Below, in pieces: positions 37,269 through 46,864 of a stretch of 61,814 bases of DNA. Position 1 is the stretch's first letter; the number at the start of each line of letters is the position of its first letter. Source of the DNA: an uncultured Ignavibacteriota bacterium (GTDB lineage: Bacteria; Bacteroidota; Ignavibacteria; UBA10030; BY39); the NCBI GenBank assembly GCA_947085285.1, contig CAMTVZ010000165.1:1-61814 (forward strand), written 5' to 3'. Under the pieces are notes generated by a model, which was not told the DNA's origin, did no database searches, and was given only the letters and a program-made list of their open reading frames with translations. The position numbers were made by a program, and so were the translations under genes.

Positions 37269-38072
37269 TTGAGTAAAGTTGTAACAGTAGCAAATCAAAA
37301 AGGTGGAGTTGGTAAAACAACTACTACAATAAATTTAGCAGCCTGCGTAGCAGCAGCTGAGGTGCCAGTCCTTATTATAGATAACGACCCGCAGGCAAAT
37401 GCTACATCGGGATTAGGTTTTGATACTCAAAACGGTGGTAAAAATATTTACGATGTACTCATCGGAGGTATCGATCCATGGGAGGCAATACAGCAAACCA
37501 GTATGCCTTTTCTTTCGCTTCTGCCATCGAGTATAAATTTAGTAGGTGCAGAAGTCGAAATGGTTGAGATCGATAATCGTGAAAAATTGCTCGCAAATGT
37601 TGTAGATAGTATCAAGAACAAGTTTGGTTATATTTTTATCGACTGTCCACCTTCGTTAGGATTGATAACATTAAATTCACTCGTTGCTGCCGATTCGGTG
37701 TTGATCCCAGTTCAGTGCGAGTATCATGCACTTGAAGGGCTGACTCAATTATTGAACACAATCAACATCGTAAAGAAAAACCTGAATCAGAAATTAGAGA
37801 TAGAAGGTGTACTTATGACTATGTTCGATGCAAGGTTGCGGCTTTCGAATCAAATTGTTGAAGAGGTTAAAAAATATTTTGGCAATAAAGTTTACCAAAC
37901 AATTGTAAACCGAAATGTTCGCTTGAGCGAAGCTCCGAGCTACGGTAAACCGATTTTGTTATACGATGCTTTATCGAGTGGCTCAAAAAATTATATGAAT
38001 CTAGCACAAGAATTTTTATTAAGAAACAATCACTTTCAAACAGAACAGGTAAATAAAGATGTCGAAAATTAA
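37269..38072 (+). CDS. parA: chromosome partitioning ATPase ParA/Soj
   Basis: 267 aa with a TTG start and the deviant Walker [12 protein letters not shown], plus DCPPSLG and [12 protein letters not shown]. Confidence 0.9.
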   Translation: MSKVVTVANQKGGVGKTTTTINLAACVAAAEVPVLIIDNDPQANATSGLGFDTQNGGKNIYDVLIGGIDPWEAIQQTSMPFLSLLPSSINLVGAEVEMVEIDNREKLLANVVDSIKNKFGYIFIDCPPSLGLITLNSLVAADSVLIPVQCEYHALEGLTQLLNTINIVKKNLNQKLEIEGVLMTMFDARLRLSNQIVEEVKKYFGNKVYQTIVNRNVRLSEAPSYGKPILLYDALSSGSKNYMNLAQEFLLRNNHFQTEQVNKDVEN

Positions 38073-38982
38073 AGGTGGATTAGGAAAAGGACTTGCTGCG
38101 TTGATCCGTCCATCCGCAGCGGAAGGGGAAACCACTGTTGCCACTGAAAAAGAAATAATAGTTCAAACTGTAACTCGCGAAACTGAAGGCATAACATTAA
38201 TAGATGTTGATAAAATAAAGCCGAATCCGTTTCAACCCCGTGCCGATTTCGACGAGCAAGCCCTCGATGAATTAAAAAAATCGATTATCGAAAAAGGAAT
38301 TATTCAACCGATAACAGTGCGTCGAAAAGATGACTTCTTCGAATTAATTGCTGGCGAACGAAGGGTGAGAGCCTCGATTGATGCTGGTATCAAACAGATT
38401 CCAGCCTACATAATCGATGTTAAGAATGATGAAGATATGTTGGAGTTAGCCCTTGTCGAAAATCTCCAGCGCGAACATCTTAATGCAATCGAAATTGCAA
38501 TTTCTTACCAACGCTTAATTACAGAATGTAATCTTACCTACGAAGAAGTTGCAAAAAGAATCGGGAAAGATAGAACTACGGTGATCAATTTTATCAGGTT
38601 GTTGCGCTTACCCGACGAAATTCAATTAGCGCTCAGGAAAGGCCAAATTACTGCAGGACACGCCCGTATGTTAGTAAGTTTACCCGACGAAAAAAATCAG
38701 ATGAAATTGTTTCATAAAATTATCAAGCACGATTTGAATGTTCGTCAGGTTGAAAAATTAGTCCGCGACTTTAATAAAAAGCCCGAAACTAAATCTAAAA
38801 TAAGTGAATTTGTTCCCGATTCACCTTTTTCTGATATTGAACAAAAACTAAGGCAGATATTTGGAACAAAAGTAAAATTGATTAATCGAGCCGACGGAAA
38901 AGGTGAAATACTGATTGAGTATTATTCGATCGACGATTTAGATCGTTTAATTGAAATAATAATGAAACTGAAAGGAAGTTAA
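38059..38982 (+). CDS. parB: chromosome partitioning protein ParB/Spo0J
   Basis: 307 aa with [24 protein letters not shown] and [14 protein letters not shown], plus an HTH segment. It overlaps parA by 14 nt. Confidence 0.9.
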   Translation: MSKIKGGLGKGLAALIRPSAAEGETTVATEKEIIVQTVTRETEGITLIDVDKIKPNPFQPRADFDEQALDELKKSIIEKGIIQPITVRRKDDFFELIAGERRVRASIDAGIKQIPAYIIDVKNDEDMLELALVENLQREHLNAIEIAISYQRLITECNLTYEEVAKRIGKDRTTVINFIRLLRLPDEIQLALRKGQITAGHARMLVSLPDEKNQMKLFHKIIKHDLNVRQVEKLVRDFNKKPETKSKISEFVPDSPFSDIEQKLRQIFGTKVKLINRADGKGEILIEYYSIDDLDRLIEIIMKLKGS

Positions 38983-38985
38983 AAA

Positions 38986-39375
38986 ATGAGAAAAAAAATT
39001 TATACAGATGCAGCCCCGGCACCAATCGGTCCTTATAGTCAAGCTGTTATTGGTTCAGGTTGTTTTTTATTTACTGCAGGGCAGATTCCGATTGACCCAG
39101 CATCGGGTCAAATTGTGACAGGGGATATAAAAGCACAAACTCATCAGGTATTAAAAAACTTAGCAGCAATTTTAGAAGTAGGGGGGGCAACGCTACATTC
39201 GGTTTTGAAAACTACAATCTATTTAACCGATATGAATGAGTTTGCCGCAATGAATGAAGTTTATGGAGAATTTTTTTCGGATTCGCCACCGGCACGAACT
39301 ACAGTACAAGTATCACGACTACCACGTGATGTGAAAGTGGAAATCGAGGCTATTGCTTTAGTAGTCAATTCTTGA
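38986..39375 (+). CDS. ridA: RidA/YjgF family reactive-intermediate deaminase
   Basis: 129 aa with [45 protein letters not shown]. Confidence 0.85.
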   Translation: MRKKIYTDAAPAPIGPYSQAVIGSGCFLFTAGQIPIDPASGQIVTGDIKAQTHQVLKNLAAILEVGGATLHSVLKTTIYLTDMNEFAAMNEVYGEFFSDSPPARTTVQVSRLPRDVKVEIEAIALVVNS

Positions 39376-39944
39376 ATATGAAGATTTATATTAAAAGTTT
39401 TGTTATTGGTTCTTTAATCTTTTTATTCATCTCAAAATCTTATCCTCAACAACACTTTTCGAAAAGTGAAATATCACGCCTATCTGGGGATAGATTTATT
39501 TTTACTGAATCGAATCAAAGCGAAAAGGAAATTGAAAAAAAAACTAAATCGCCAACTATCGCTATGCTTTTATCTGCCGGTTTGCCGGGAGCAGGACAGT
39601 TCTACAGCGAGTCGTACTGGAAAATTCCAGTTATTTTTGGTTTAGCCGGTTACTGGAGTTATGAGTGGGTTAATATGAATAGGGAGTATAAAAATTATAA
39701 AAACCTTTATTCAGAAAGTTTAATCAAACTTCCACCTTCAGGAAATTTCCAGTATCGAACTATCCGCGATTTTTACAGAGGCGAACGCGACAAGTTCGCC
39801 TGGTATTTGGGTATCTTGTATGTTGTAAATATTTTAGATGCCTATGTAGATGCGAGCTTGTTTGAGTTTAGTGTTGATGACAATTTGGCTAAATCTACTG
39901 GAAAAAATTTGAAATTAAAGATATTTTTTTGCGAACTAAAGTAA
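39372..39944 (+). CDS. membrane protein, DUF5683-like
   Basis: 190 aa with a signal/TM segment and [24 protein letters not shown]...[12 protein letters not shown]. Its position downstream of parB is as in many Bacteroidota. The family call is from memory only. Confidence 0.5.
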   Translation: MNMKIYIKSFVIGSLIFLFISKSYPQQHFSKSEISRLSGDRFIFTESNQSEKEIEKKTKSPTIAMLLSAGLPGAGQFYSESYWKIPVIFGLAGYWSYEWVNMNREYKNYKNLYSESLIKLPPSGNFQYRTIRDFYRGERDKFAWYLGILYVVNILDAYVDASLFEFSVDDNLAKSTGKNLKLKIFFCELK

Positions 39945-39947
39945 TAG

Positions 39948-39976
39948 TTGACAATAACATCATAAAGTATTATATT
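39948..39976 (+). promoter_or_regulatory. sigma-70-type promoter (TTGACA-17 nt-TATATT) for the T9SS cargo gene
   Basis: TTGACA at 39948-39953 and TATATT at 39971-39976, with a 17-nt spacer. The site is about 50 nt upstream of the ATG at 40028. Confidence 0.45.
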
Positions 39977-40027
39977 CTTACAGTTTGCAATCAATATATC
40001 TTAATAATAAAAATAAAGGATCTTGAC

Positions 40028-41371
40028 ATGAGACAATTTTTAAACACTATTTTATTGGTCGTACTCTTATTATTCACATTTAACTTCCCTTTAATTGCAA
40101 AAATGTCGAACAGCCTATTAGATATAGGTGATTACTATGCAGAATCTACTTGGGTCGACACCGTTTCTGTTTTCTCTGTCTCTCCAAAAGATTTAAATTT
40201 TGGTAATGTGTATGTAGAATCGACTTGGACAGATAGCGTTACAGTTACAAATACCGGAAGTGGGAATTTGAATATCACTTCAGTATATCCTACAAATAAC
40301 CAGTTCAGTGTGGTACCTGCAAACGCGGTTATCCTACCTTCAGGAACCCAGAAGTTTGCTATTACTTTTGCACCTACTACATCAGGCTTGAAATTAGGTC
40401 ATATCGTATTTGTACACAATGGTACTACAGGCCGTGATTCAGTTTCAGTGCGAGGCACAGGCATAATTACAATTGCTGCAGCCAGGGCGTTACCAAATGC
40501 TTCCGAAGTAGTAATCGAAGGTGTTATCACTCGTGGTTTAGGTGCTTTCACACGCATACAAGATGCAACTGCTGGAATTGTTATCCGTCAAACAAGTGGT
40601 ACGTTTTTTACCGCATTGGCATCCGGTGATTTAAGGGCTGGAGATAAAATCATAGTTAATGGAAAAACTTCTGAGTTCAGGCAATTAAAACAAATCAACG
40701 AAGCAGATTTATTAAGTTGGGAACGAATTTCGCGGGATAATCCGCTGCCAACCCCACAACTTGTAACACTTGCTGAAATTGCTGCTAATGGCGAACAGTA
40801 CGAAAGTGAACTAATCAAAGTAACTGACTTAATTATCGATCCAGCCGGTGATCAAAATTTTGTTGCCGCAAAAAATTATAATATCACAGACCTTTCAAAT
40901 CCGTCAAGCCCGGTTGTTTTACGAACTCCAAATGCCGCCGATTCAGAAATTGATGGGTTGCCGATTCCGACCGTAAAATGTATCTTTACAGGTGTGTTAG
41001 GGCAGTTTCATACTACTGACCCGACAGCTGGATACCAATTAAGCCCGATACTCGCATCAGATATTACAATTCAAGTAAACGTTAATGAACCTAATGTATT
41101 GCCAGTTAAATTTTCGTTGAATGGTAACTATCCTAATCCATTTAATCCTACAACTAAAATATCTTTCGACCTTCCCAAGTCAACGAATATTAGTTTGACA
41201 GTTTATAATTTATTAGGTCAAAAAGTAAAAGACCTTATCAACAATAAAAATTATGAAGCCGGTCGACATATTGTTTCATTCGATGCTTCTGGCTATTCAA
41301 CAGGTGTATATCTTTACAAATTATCTTCACCCGAATTTACATCTGTCAAAAAGATGATCCTGAGTAAGTAG
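40028..41371 (+). CDS. secreted protein with T9SS C-terminal sorting domain (choice-of-anchor-D-like Ig domain + OB-like middle domain)
   Basis: 447 aa from the Met at 40028 (MRQFLNTILLVVLLLFTFNFPLIA signal peptide). The N-terminal domain has LNFGNVYVESTWTDSVTVTNTGSGNLNITSV...FAITFAPT. The C-terminus, NYPNPFNPTTKISFDLPKSTNISLTVYNLLGQKV...GVYLYKLSSPEFTSVKKMILSK, is a type-A T9SS CTD. Confidence 0.7.
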   Translation: MRQFLNTILLVVLLLFTFNFPLIAKMSNSLLDIGDYYAESTWVDTVSVFSVSPKDLNFGNVYVESTWTDSVTVTNTGSGNLNITSVYPTNNQFSVVPANAVILPSGTQKFAITFAPTTSGLKLGHIVFVHNGTTGRDSVSVRGTGIITIAAARALPNASEVVIEGVITRGLGAFTRIQDATAGIVIRQTSGTFFTALASGDLRAGDKIIVNGKTSEFRQLKQINEADLLSWERISRDNPLPTPQLVTLAEIAANGEQYESELIKVTDLIIDPAGDQNFVAAKNYNITDLSNPSSPVVLRTPNAADSEIDGLPIPTVKCIFTGVLGQFHTTDPTAGYQLSPILASDITIQVNVNEPNVLPVKFSLNGNYPNPFNPTTKISFDLPKSTNISLTVYNLLGQKVKDLINNKNYEAGRHIVSFDASGYSTGVYLYKLSSPEFTSVKKMILSK

Positions 41372-41399
41372 TTTATTTTAGTTGAAATATTTGATAATA

Positions 41400-41440
41400 A
41401 AAGCCGGCTTATCGCAAGATAGACCGGCTTTCCTATTTTA
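41400..41440 (+). terminator. rho-independent terminator
   Basis: AAAGCCGGcttatcgcaagatagaCCGGCTTT followed by a T-rich tail (cctatttta). It sits 29 nt after the cargo gene stop. Confidence 0.6.
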
Positions 41441-41494
41441 TATAGATTTATGTATATTTCAAAAAATTTAATCTCCAAATACCTTAGGTAAAAA

Positions 41495-42484
41495 ATGCTC
41501 AACTATATTTGGCTTTCATTAATTGTCATTGGAATATTAGTTGCAGTTGCAATTGATTTTAGAGATATTTCGACCGACAAGTTTCGCAATGGCGAAGAAA
41601 TTCAAACCGAGTTAATTTTTGATTCTCCGACTCCACAACTTGAAAAAGGGAAACACTACAAGTGTAATATTTCGATTCCCGCATCAGAGATGCAAAAGAT
41701 TTATAGACTACCGTTATCTGAAAATCTTGTGCAGGAAGCTGAAATAATAGTCTCAAATTCCAATGAAGCAGTTATTAAAATTTCAACTGATGAACAAACT
41801 CCGATAATCTGGAGAGAGCTTGCCGCTGCTCAACGGAAAGATAGCCATGTTTTGCAAGGAAAGATACATTTTGTAAAGTTTTCTGAAAATGTTTTTAATG
41901 CAACTCTAATTCTTAATCCAGTTAAGTTCACAAAACTTAACTCCGTTACAAACGACGGTGTTGTTCGCTACGCAAAAACAGCCGTCGAGCTGGCAATCGG
42001 ATTAATCGGTATCATGGCTTTGTGGTTGGGTATTATGAAGATCGCCGAAGCTTCTGGATTAATTACAAAACTTGCCGGTTTACTAAAACCGATTACAACT
42101 CGCTTATTCCCCGATGTTCCTCCTGAACATCCTGCTATGGGTGCAATGATTATGAATATTTCAGCTAACATATTAGGTTTGGCTAATGCAGCAACTCCGC
42201 TTGGTTTAAAAGCAATGGAAGAGCTCAACAAGCTGAATAAAAAATTAGGAACTGCAACCGATGCAATGTGTACTTTTCTCGTTATCAATACAAGTAATGT
42301 TCAGCTAATACCGGCAACTGTCATCGCAATTCGAGCGGCAAGTGGTTCGGCTAATCCCACTGAAATATTGGGCGCAGTTATAGTAGCAACTACAGTCAGT
42401 ACGATAGTTGGTATTACCGCTGTAAAATCATTATCGAAATTGAAAGTCTTTCGGAAACAATTGTTAGAAGGGAGACAACCATGA
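41495..42484 (+). CDS. spmA: SpmA-like nucleoside-recognition (Gate) domain membrane protein with an extra domain of about 125 aa after TM1
   Basis: 329 aa. MLNYIWLSLIVIGILVA and AKTAVELAIGLIGIMALWLGIMKIAEASGL...PEHPAMGAMIMNISANILGLANAATP match SpmA. Residues about 22-150 have no counterpart in the roughly 200-aa canonical protein as I recall it. Confidence 0.7.
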   Translation: MLNYIWLSLIVIGILVAVAIDFRDISTDKFRNGEEIQTELIFDSPTPQLEKGKHYKCNISIPASEMQKIYRLPLSENLVQEAEIIVSNSNEAVIKISTDEQTPIIWRELAAAQRKDSHVLQGKIHFVKFSENVFNATLILNPVKFTKLNSVTNDGVVRYAKTAVELAIGLIGIMALWLGIMKIAEASGLITKLAGLLKPITTRLFPDVPPEHPAMGAMIMNISANILGLANAATPLGLKAMEELNKLNKKLGTATDAMCTFLVINTSNVQLIPATVIAIRAASGSANPTEILGAVIVATTVSTIVGITAVKSLSKLKVFRKQLLEGRQP

Positions 42485-43023
42485 CGACATTAATCGATAT
42501 CATTCAAACCCTTTCGATACTCGCAATACCGTCGATAATTTTTTTCATAGTTACTTACGGTATCATCAAAAAGGTAAAGATATACGAAGTCTTCGTCGAA
42601 GGGGCTAAAGAAGGATTCAACGTTGGAGTCCGAATCATTCCATATCTTGTTGCAATGTTGGTAGCGATTGGGGTGTTTCGCACAAGTGGAGCGATGGATT
42701 TTTTGACAATAATAATTTCGCCCATCACAAATTTAATAGGTATGCCTGCCGAAGCGCTCCCGATGGCAATTATGCGTCCACTTTCCGGTTCGGGGGCTTT
42801 GGGAGTGATGAGCGAAATCATCAACACACACGGTCCCGACTCGCTCATTGGGAGAATGGTATCAGTGATGATGGGGAGTGGCGAAACGACCTTTTATGTT
42901 CTGGCCGTTTATTTTGGCTCAGTCAGTATCTCTCGCACTCGTCATGCCGTTCCAGCAGGTATTATTGCAGATATTGCTGGAATAATAATGTCGGTTTGGC
43001 TCGTGAATCTCATTTTTGGTTAA
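42481..43023 (+). CDS. spmB: SpmB-like spore-maturation-protein-B family membrane protein
   Basis: 180 aa. YEVFVEGAKEGF, AMRPLSGSGALG and the 4-nt overlap with spmA fit SpmB. Confidence 0.75.
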   Translation: MTTLIDIIQTLSILAIPSIIFFIVTYGIIKKVKIYEVFVEGAKEGFNVGVRIIPYLVAMLVAIGVFRTSGAMDFLTIIISPITNLIGMPAEALPMAIMRPLSGSGALGVMSEIINTHGPDSLIGRMVSVMMGSGETTFYVLAVYFGSVSISRTRHAVPAGIIADIAGIIMSVWLVNLIFG

Positions 43024-43130
43024 TAAATATTTTACAAAAATGGCTTTTTCCCTTGATTTATTAAAACTTCTTGCCTATATTAACAGAGGTTTTTTACAAA
43101 ATAAATTACTAATCCATTAAATAAAACAGA

Positions 43131-44042
43131 ATGCATTTACTAAATAAGTTAATTGTAGCAACAATCCCTGTAGTCCCACGCCCCATTGTACGTTATTTTG
43201 CTGGTCGGTATATAGCGGGTGAGGAATTAAGCGATGCTGTCGGCACAGTAAAAATTTTGAATAAGTTCAATATGATGGCTACGATGGATGTACTCGGTGA
43301 ATCGATAACTAAAAAAGAAGAAGCCGAGTTTGCAACCCAAGCCGCTATCCGAACACTTAAAGTTATTAGTGATGAAAAACTTAATTCAAATTTATCAATC
43401 AAACTTACTCAATTAGGTTTACACCTCGATAAAGATTATTGTCTCCAAAATGTAAAGAATATTGTTCGTGCAGCTAACGAGTTAAATAATTTTGTACGTA
43501 TTGATATGGAAGATTCGAGTTGCACCGACGATACGATAGATATCTATATTAAGATTAGGGAAGAGTTTAAAAATGTCGGAATAGTTTTACAAGCATACTT
43601 ACATCGTACTGAATCGGATGCAATTAAATTGATGGACCGTGGATTTATGAATTTCCGTTTATGCAAAGGTATTTATGTAGAACCCGCCACGATTGCTTTC
43701 AAAAAGAGGGAAGAAATTAATCGTAATTTCAACAAAGTTTTAAAAATGATGCTCGAACGAAAAGCATATGTAGGAATAGCAACACACGATGAAGACTTAA
43801 TTAAATATGCTTACAAGTTAGTTTCAGATTTACAGCTTCAAAAAAACGAGTATGAGTTTCAGATGCTTTTAGGCGTGCGTTCTGAATTGCGTTCTCGAAT
43901 TGTAAATGATGGCCATCGTTTACGAGTCTATGTCCCCTATGGTCACCATTGGTATAAGTATTCTATTCGACGATTTAAAGAAAATCCTGAAATAGCAGGT
44001 TATGTGTTTAAAAGTATATTTTCAAAAAATAAATTAAATTAA
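43131..44042 (+). CDS. proline dehydrogenase (monofunctional PRODH)
   Basis: 303 aa with FAGRYIAGE, MDVLGE, VRIDMEDS, LQAYL, RLCKGIY, ATHD, EFQMLLGVR and VYVPYG, then ...RRFKENP. This is the typical PutA-type PRODH barrel. Confidence 0.8.
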   Translation: MHLLNKLIVATIPVVPRPIVRYFAGRYIAGEELSDAVGTVKILNKFNMMATMDVLGESITKKEEAEFATQAAIRTLKVISDEKLNSNLSIKLTQLGLHLDKDYCLQNVKNIVRAANELNNFVRIDMEDSSCTDDTIDIYIKIREEFKNVGIVLQAYLHRTESDAIKLMDRGFMNFRLCKGIYVEPATIAFKKREEINRNFNKVLKMMLERKAYVGIATHDEDLIKYAYKLVSDLQLQKNEYEFQMLLGVRSELRSRIVNDGHRLRVYVPYGHHWYKYSIRRFKENPEIAGYVFKSIFSKNKLN

Positions 44043-44076
44043 CTAAATCAAAAAAATAATTTAAAGGAGAAAACTT

Positions 44077-46173
44077 ATGGCAGATGTAACAGCCAAAGGT
44101 CCGGGTTTGAAATACAAACCATATGTTCCGGTGGAGACTGATATGAAAGAATTCACAATGCGAGCATTGGTACTCGGCCTAATAATGAGCGTAGTTCTTG
44201 GTGCTGCAAATGCTTATTTGGGATTAAAAGCCGGTATGACCATAGCGGCAACATATCCAGCAGCAGTTATCGGAATGGCGTTTCTGCGAATAATGAAGGG
44301 TTCAATACTCGAAGAAAATTTGGCTCGAACGGTAGGTTCAATTGGTGAGTCGGTAGCCGCTGGTGCAATATTTACACTTCCTGCTTTTTATATCGCAAAA
44401 ATTTGGCACCCCGATAATAATTCAAGTTTTTGGACAATCGAAAACTTTTTTATCTCGGTTGCAATTATGTTCGCCGGCGGATTGTTAGGAATTATGTTCG
44501 TTGCACTTCTTAGAAGAGTAATGGTCGAAGATGTAGAATTGCCATTCCCTGAATCTGTAGCTGCTGGTGAAATTCATAAAGCAGGACAAAAAGGGGGCGG
44601 CGGTGCAAAATTCCTTTTCTCTGCAATGGGTGTTGGCGCTCTGATTAAAGCTTTAGGCGAATTCAAATTGTTTGCTTCGGGCTGGGCTTCGTTTGTAACT
44701 TTTTTCGAAACCGCAATCAAAGGTACTGCACTCACTGCTAAAGGGGGCTTAGTACTTAGCTCTCCAGCTGTAAAACCAGCTTATTTAGGTGTAGGCTATA
44801 TCATTGGTCCCAAGTTAGCATCTCTTAATTTTAGCGGTGGTCTTTTAGCCTGGGGGTTGTTAACACCTATTATTTATTATTTCATCGGTCCTCATATAAA
44901 TTTGGAAGCTTGGGCGTCGCAGTTAGCCGCTGCAAGTCAAATTTCTATCGAGAAAGCTACCGCAAGAGTACAAGACCCAATTTTTCAGATGACAGAGATA
45001 TGGAAATTTATAGTAAGACCTATCGCAATCGGTGGTATGTTAGTGGGCGCAGGTTATACACTTTTTAGAATGAGAAAAAGTTTGATAACTGGTATATCAC
45101 GTTCAATTTCGGATGTTAAAAAAGCTGCAACAGGTGAACATGTATCTATCAGAACCGAAAAAGATTTAAGTTTCAATTGGATTTTAGTTGGTATCGGCAT
45201 CTCAGCTATCGGAACATTCTTTATCTATAACTACTTCGCTCAAGATGTAGTTGCAGCTTTAGTTGCCACTGTGGTAATGATAATTGCTGGATTCTTCTTT
45301 GCTGCCGTTTCGGGTTATTTAGTCGGTATCATTGGTTCGTCGAATAACCCAATCAGCGGATTAACAATATCCACACTTATAATAGCGGCGTTATTAATGG
45401 TGGCACTTGGAATGACTGGACTTACGGGCGTTGCTGCAGTATTGGGTGTTGCTGCTGTAGTTTGTGTTGCAGCCGCAGTTGCAGGCGAAATGTTGCAAGA
45501 TTTAAAAGTCGGTCACATTTTAGGTGGTACACCCTGGAAGATGCAGTCGGGAAATATTATCGGTGCATTTGTTTCAGCTGCTGTGATGTTCATTCCATTA
45601 GTCATACTTCATCAAGGCGATATAAATGCTGGTAGAATGGCTGACCCACCGTATGAAGGGGGCTTTGGTGGACCGGTTCTTCCTGCCCCTCAAGCAAGCT
45701 TGATGGCAATGCTCTCGACTGGAATTGTAAGTGGCGAAATGGCCTGGCCCCTAATAATTGTCGGTATGTTGATGGGCTTTGGTTTTATTCTTATGCAAGT
45801 ACGAAGTCCAATGCTTGTTTCTGTTGGTATGTATCTACCTTTAGGAACAACATTTGCAATTTTCATCGGCGGTCTGATTAAGGGGTTAGTCGAACGTATT
45901 AATGCTAAACGGCAATTTAACGATGCACAAAAAGCTCGTGTTGAAAATACAGGTATCTTGCTTGCAGCCGGATTAATAGCAGGTGAAGCATTAATCGGTT
46001 TATTGTTCGCAGGTTTAGCATTCGGCGAAATCCCACTCTTTGCATTCTTCGCAAAGCCAACATTCTTAATAAGTCTTGCAGTCTTTGCAGTAATTGCCTG
46101 GATTCTGATTCAAATTCCAATTAAGAATGCTGGCAAACCTGATGAACCTGCACCTCCATCTGCAATAATATAA
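44077..46173 (+). CDS. OPT-family oligopeptide transporter
   Basis: 698 aa and polytopic, with EFTMRALVLGLIMSVVLGAANAYLGLKAGMT, NPISGLTISTLII and QDLKVGHILGGTP. AAGGAG SD lies upstream. Confidence 0.85.
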   Translation: MADVTAKGPGLKYKPYVPVETDMKEFTMRALVLGLIMSVVLGAANAYLGLKAGMTIAATYPAAVIGMAFLRIMKGSILEENLARTVGSIGESVAAGAIFTLPAFYIAKIWHPDNNSSFWTIENFFISVAIMFAGGLLGIMFVALLRRVMVEDVELPFPESVAAGEIHKAGQKGGGGAKFLFSAMGVGALIKALGEFKLFASGWASFVTFFETAIKGTALTAKGGLVLSSPAVKPAYLGVGYIIGPKLASLNFSGGLLAWGLLTPIIYYFIGPHINLEAWASQLAAASQISIEKATARVQDPIFQMTEIWKFIVRPIAIGGMLVGAGYTLFRMRKSLITGISRSISDVKKAATGEHVSIRTEKDLSFNWILVGIGISAIGTFFIYNYFAQDVVAALVATVVMIIAGFFFAAVSGYLVGIIGSSNNPISGLTISTLIIAALLMVALGMTGLTGVAAVLGVAAVVCVAAAVAGEMLQDLKVGHILGGTPWKMQSGNIIGAFVSAAVMFIPLVILHQGDINAGRMADPPYEGGFGGPVLPAPQASLMAMLSTGIVSGEMAWPLIIVGMLMGFGFILMQVRSPMLVSVGMYLPLGTTFAIFIGGLIKGLVERINAKRQFNDAQKARVENTGILLAAGLIAGEALIGLLFAGLAFGEIPLFAFFAKPTFLISLAVFAVIAWILIQIPIKNAGKPDEPAPPSAII

Positions 46174-46185
46174 TGCAAACGTAGG

Positions 46186-46548
46186 ATGAAGATGTTTCGT
46201 AAAAAGAAATCTGAATTTGATGGTTTTAATCTGCTCGACCTTAAACCGATAAGAATGTTTGAGTTTGAAGAAGGCCCCACAGCAAATGTTACTTTGCTGA
46301 TACCAAAATTCAGAGATAAAATTTTAGGAAAATATCTTCAACCTATAATTAAGAAGAAATATTATAGGGTCAAATTAGATACATTAGGCAGTTTTGTATG
46401 GACACAATGCGATGGACGTACAACAGTAAACGAGATAGCGGAACGGCTTCGGCAAAAATTTGGCGCCGAAGCCGAACCGGCTGTCGATAGAGTTGCAAAA
46501 TTTATCCAGCATTTGTATCGCGGCGATTGTATTACCTTTAATGTATAA
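46186..46548 (+). CDS. PqqD-family (RRE-like winged-helix) protein, orphan
   Basis: 120 aa. The C-terminal half, LDTLGSFVWTQCDGRTTVNEIAERLRQKFGAEAEPAVDRVAKFIQHLYRGDCI, fits the PqqD pattern (x-W-x-x-x-DG-x-x-T-x-x-E-I...). Confidence 0.6.
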   Translation: MKMFRKKKSEFDGFNLLDLKPIRMFEFEEGPTANVTLLIPKFRDKILGKYLQPIIKKKYYRVKLDTLGSFVWTQCDGRTTVNEIAERLRQKFGAEAEPAVDRVAKFIQHLYRGDCITFNV

Positions 46549-46549
46549 T

Positions 46550-46864
46550 ATGATTTCAAAAAAGACCATAAAAAATATTGTAAAAGAGATTGTTGATGCG
46601 TGTAATCCGGAGATGGTAATTCTTTTCGGTTCTTATGGTAGAGGGAAACCGAAAAAGGACAGCGATCTTGATATTTTTGTAGTAGCTGATTTACCTGGCA
46701 CAGCATCAGAGAAAATTCGATTCTTAAATCGAGCGATTACCGCAACTGGTTTTGGTATTGATATTGTGATTAGAAGTCGCAAGCAAGTGAAGATAGCTTT
46801 GAAGGGGAGAGATTGGTTCATTCAAGAGATCTTCGCTGAAGGGAAAAAGATGTATGCACGCTGA
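46550..46864 (+). CDS. minimal nucleotidyltransferase (MNT; type VII antitoxin-like)
   Basis: 104 aa from the ATG at 46550 (MISKKTIKNIVKEIV...). It has the NTase motif LFGSYGRGKPKKDSDLDIFVV. The track's longer ORF from 46460 would overlap PqqD out of frame. Confidence 0.8.
   Translation: MISKKTIKNIVKEIVDACNPEMVILFGSYGRGKPKKDSDLDIFVVADLPGTASEKIRFLNRAITATGFGIDIVIRSRKQVKIALKGRDWFIQEIFAEGKKMYAR

Noticed and set aside
39929-40027. A 5' extension of the T9SS cargo ORF.
   Set aside because: The extension overlaps the upstream gene and contains the TTGACA/TATATT promoter. A canonical signal peptide begins at the Met at 40028.
46460-46549. A 5' extension of the MNT gene (track ORF starting at 46460).
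   Set aside because: The extension overlaps the PqqD-like gene in another frame. The NTase homology starts after the Met at 46550, which lies 1 nt past the PqqD stop.
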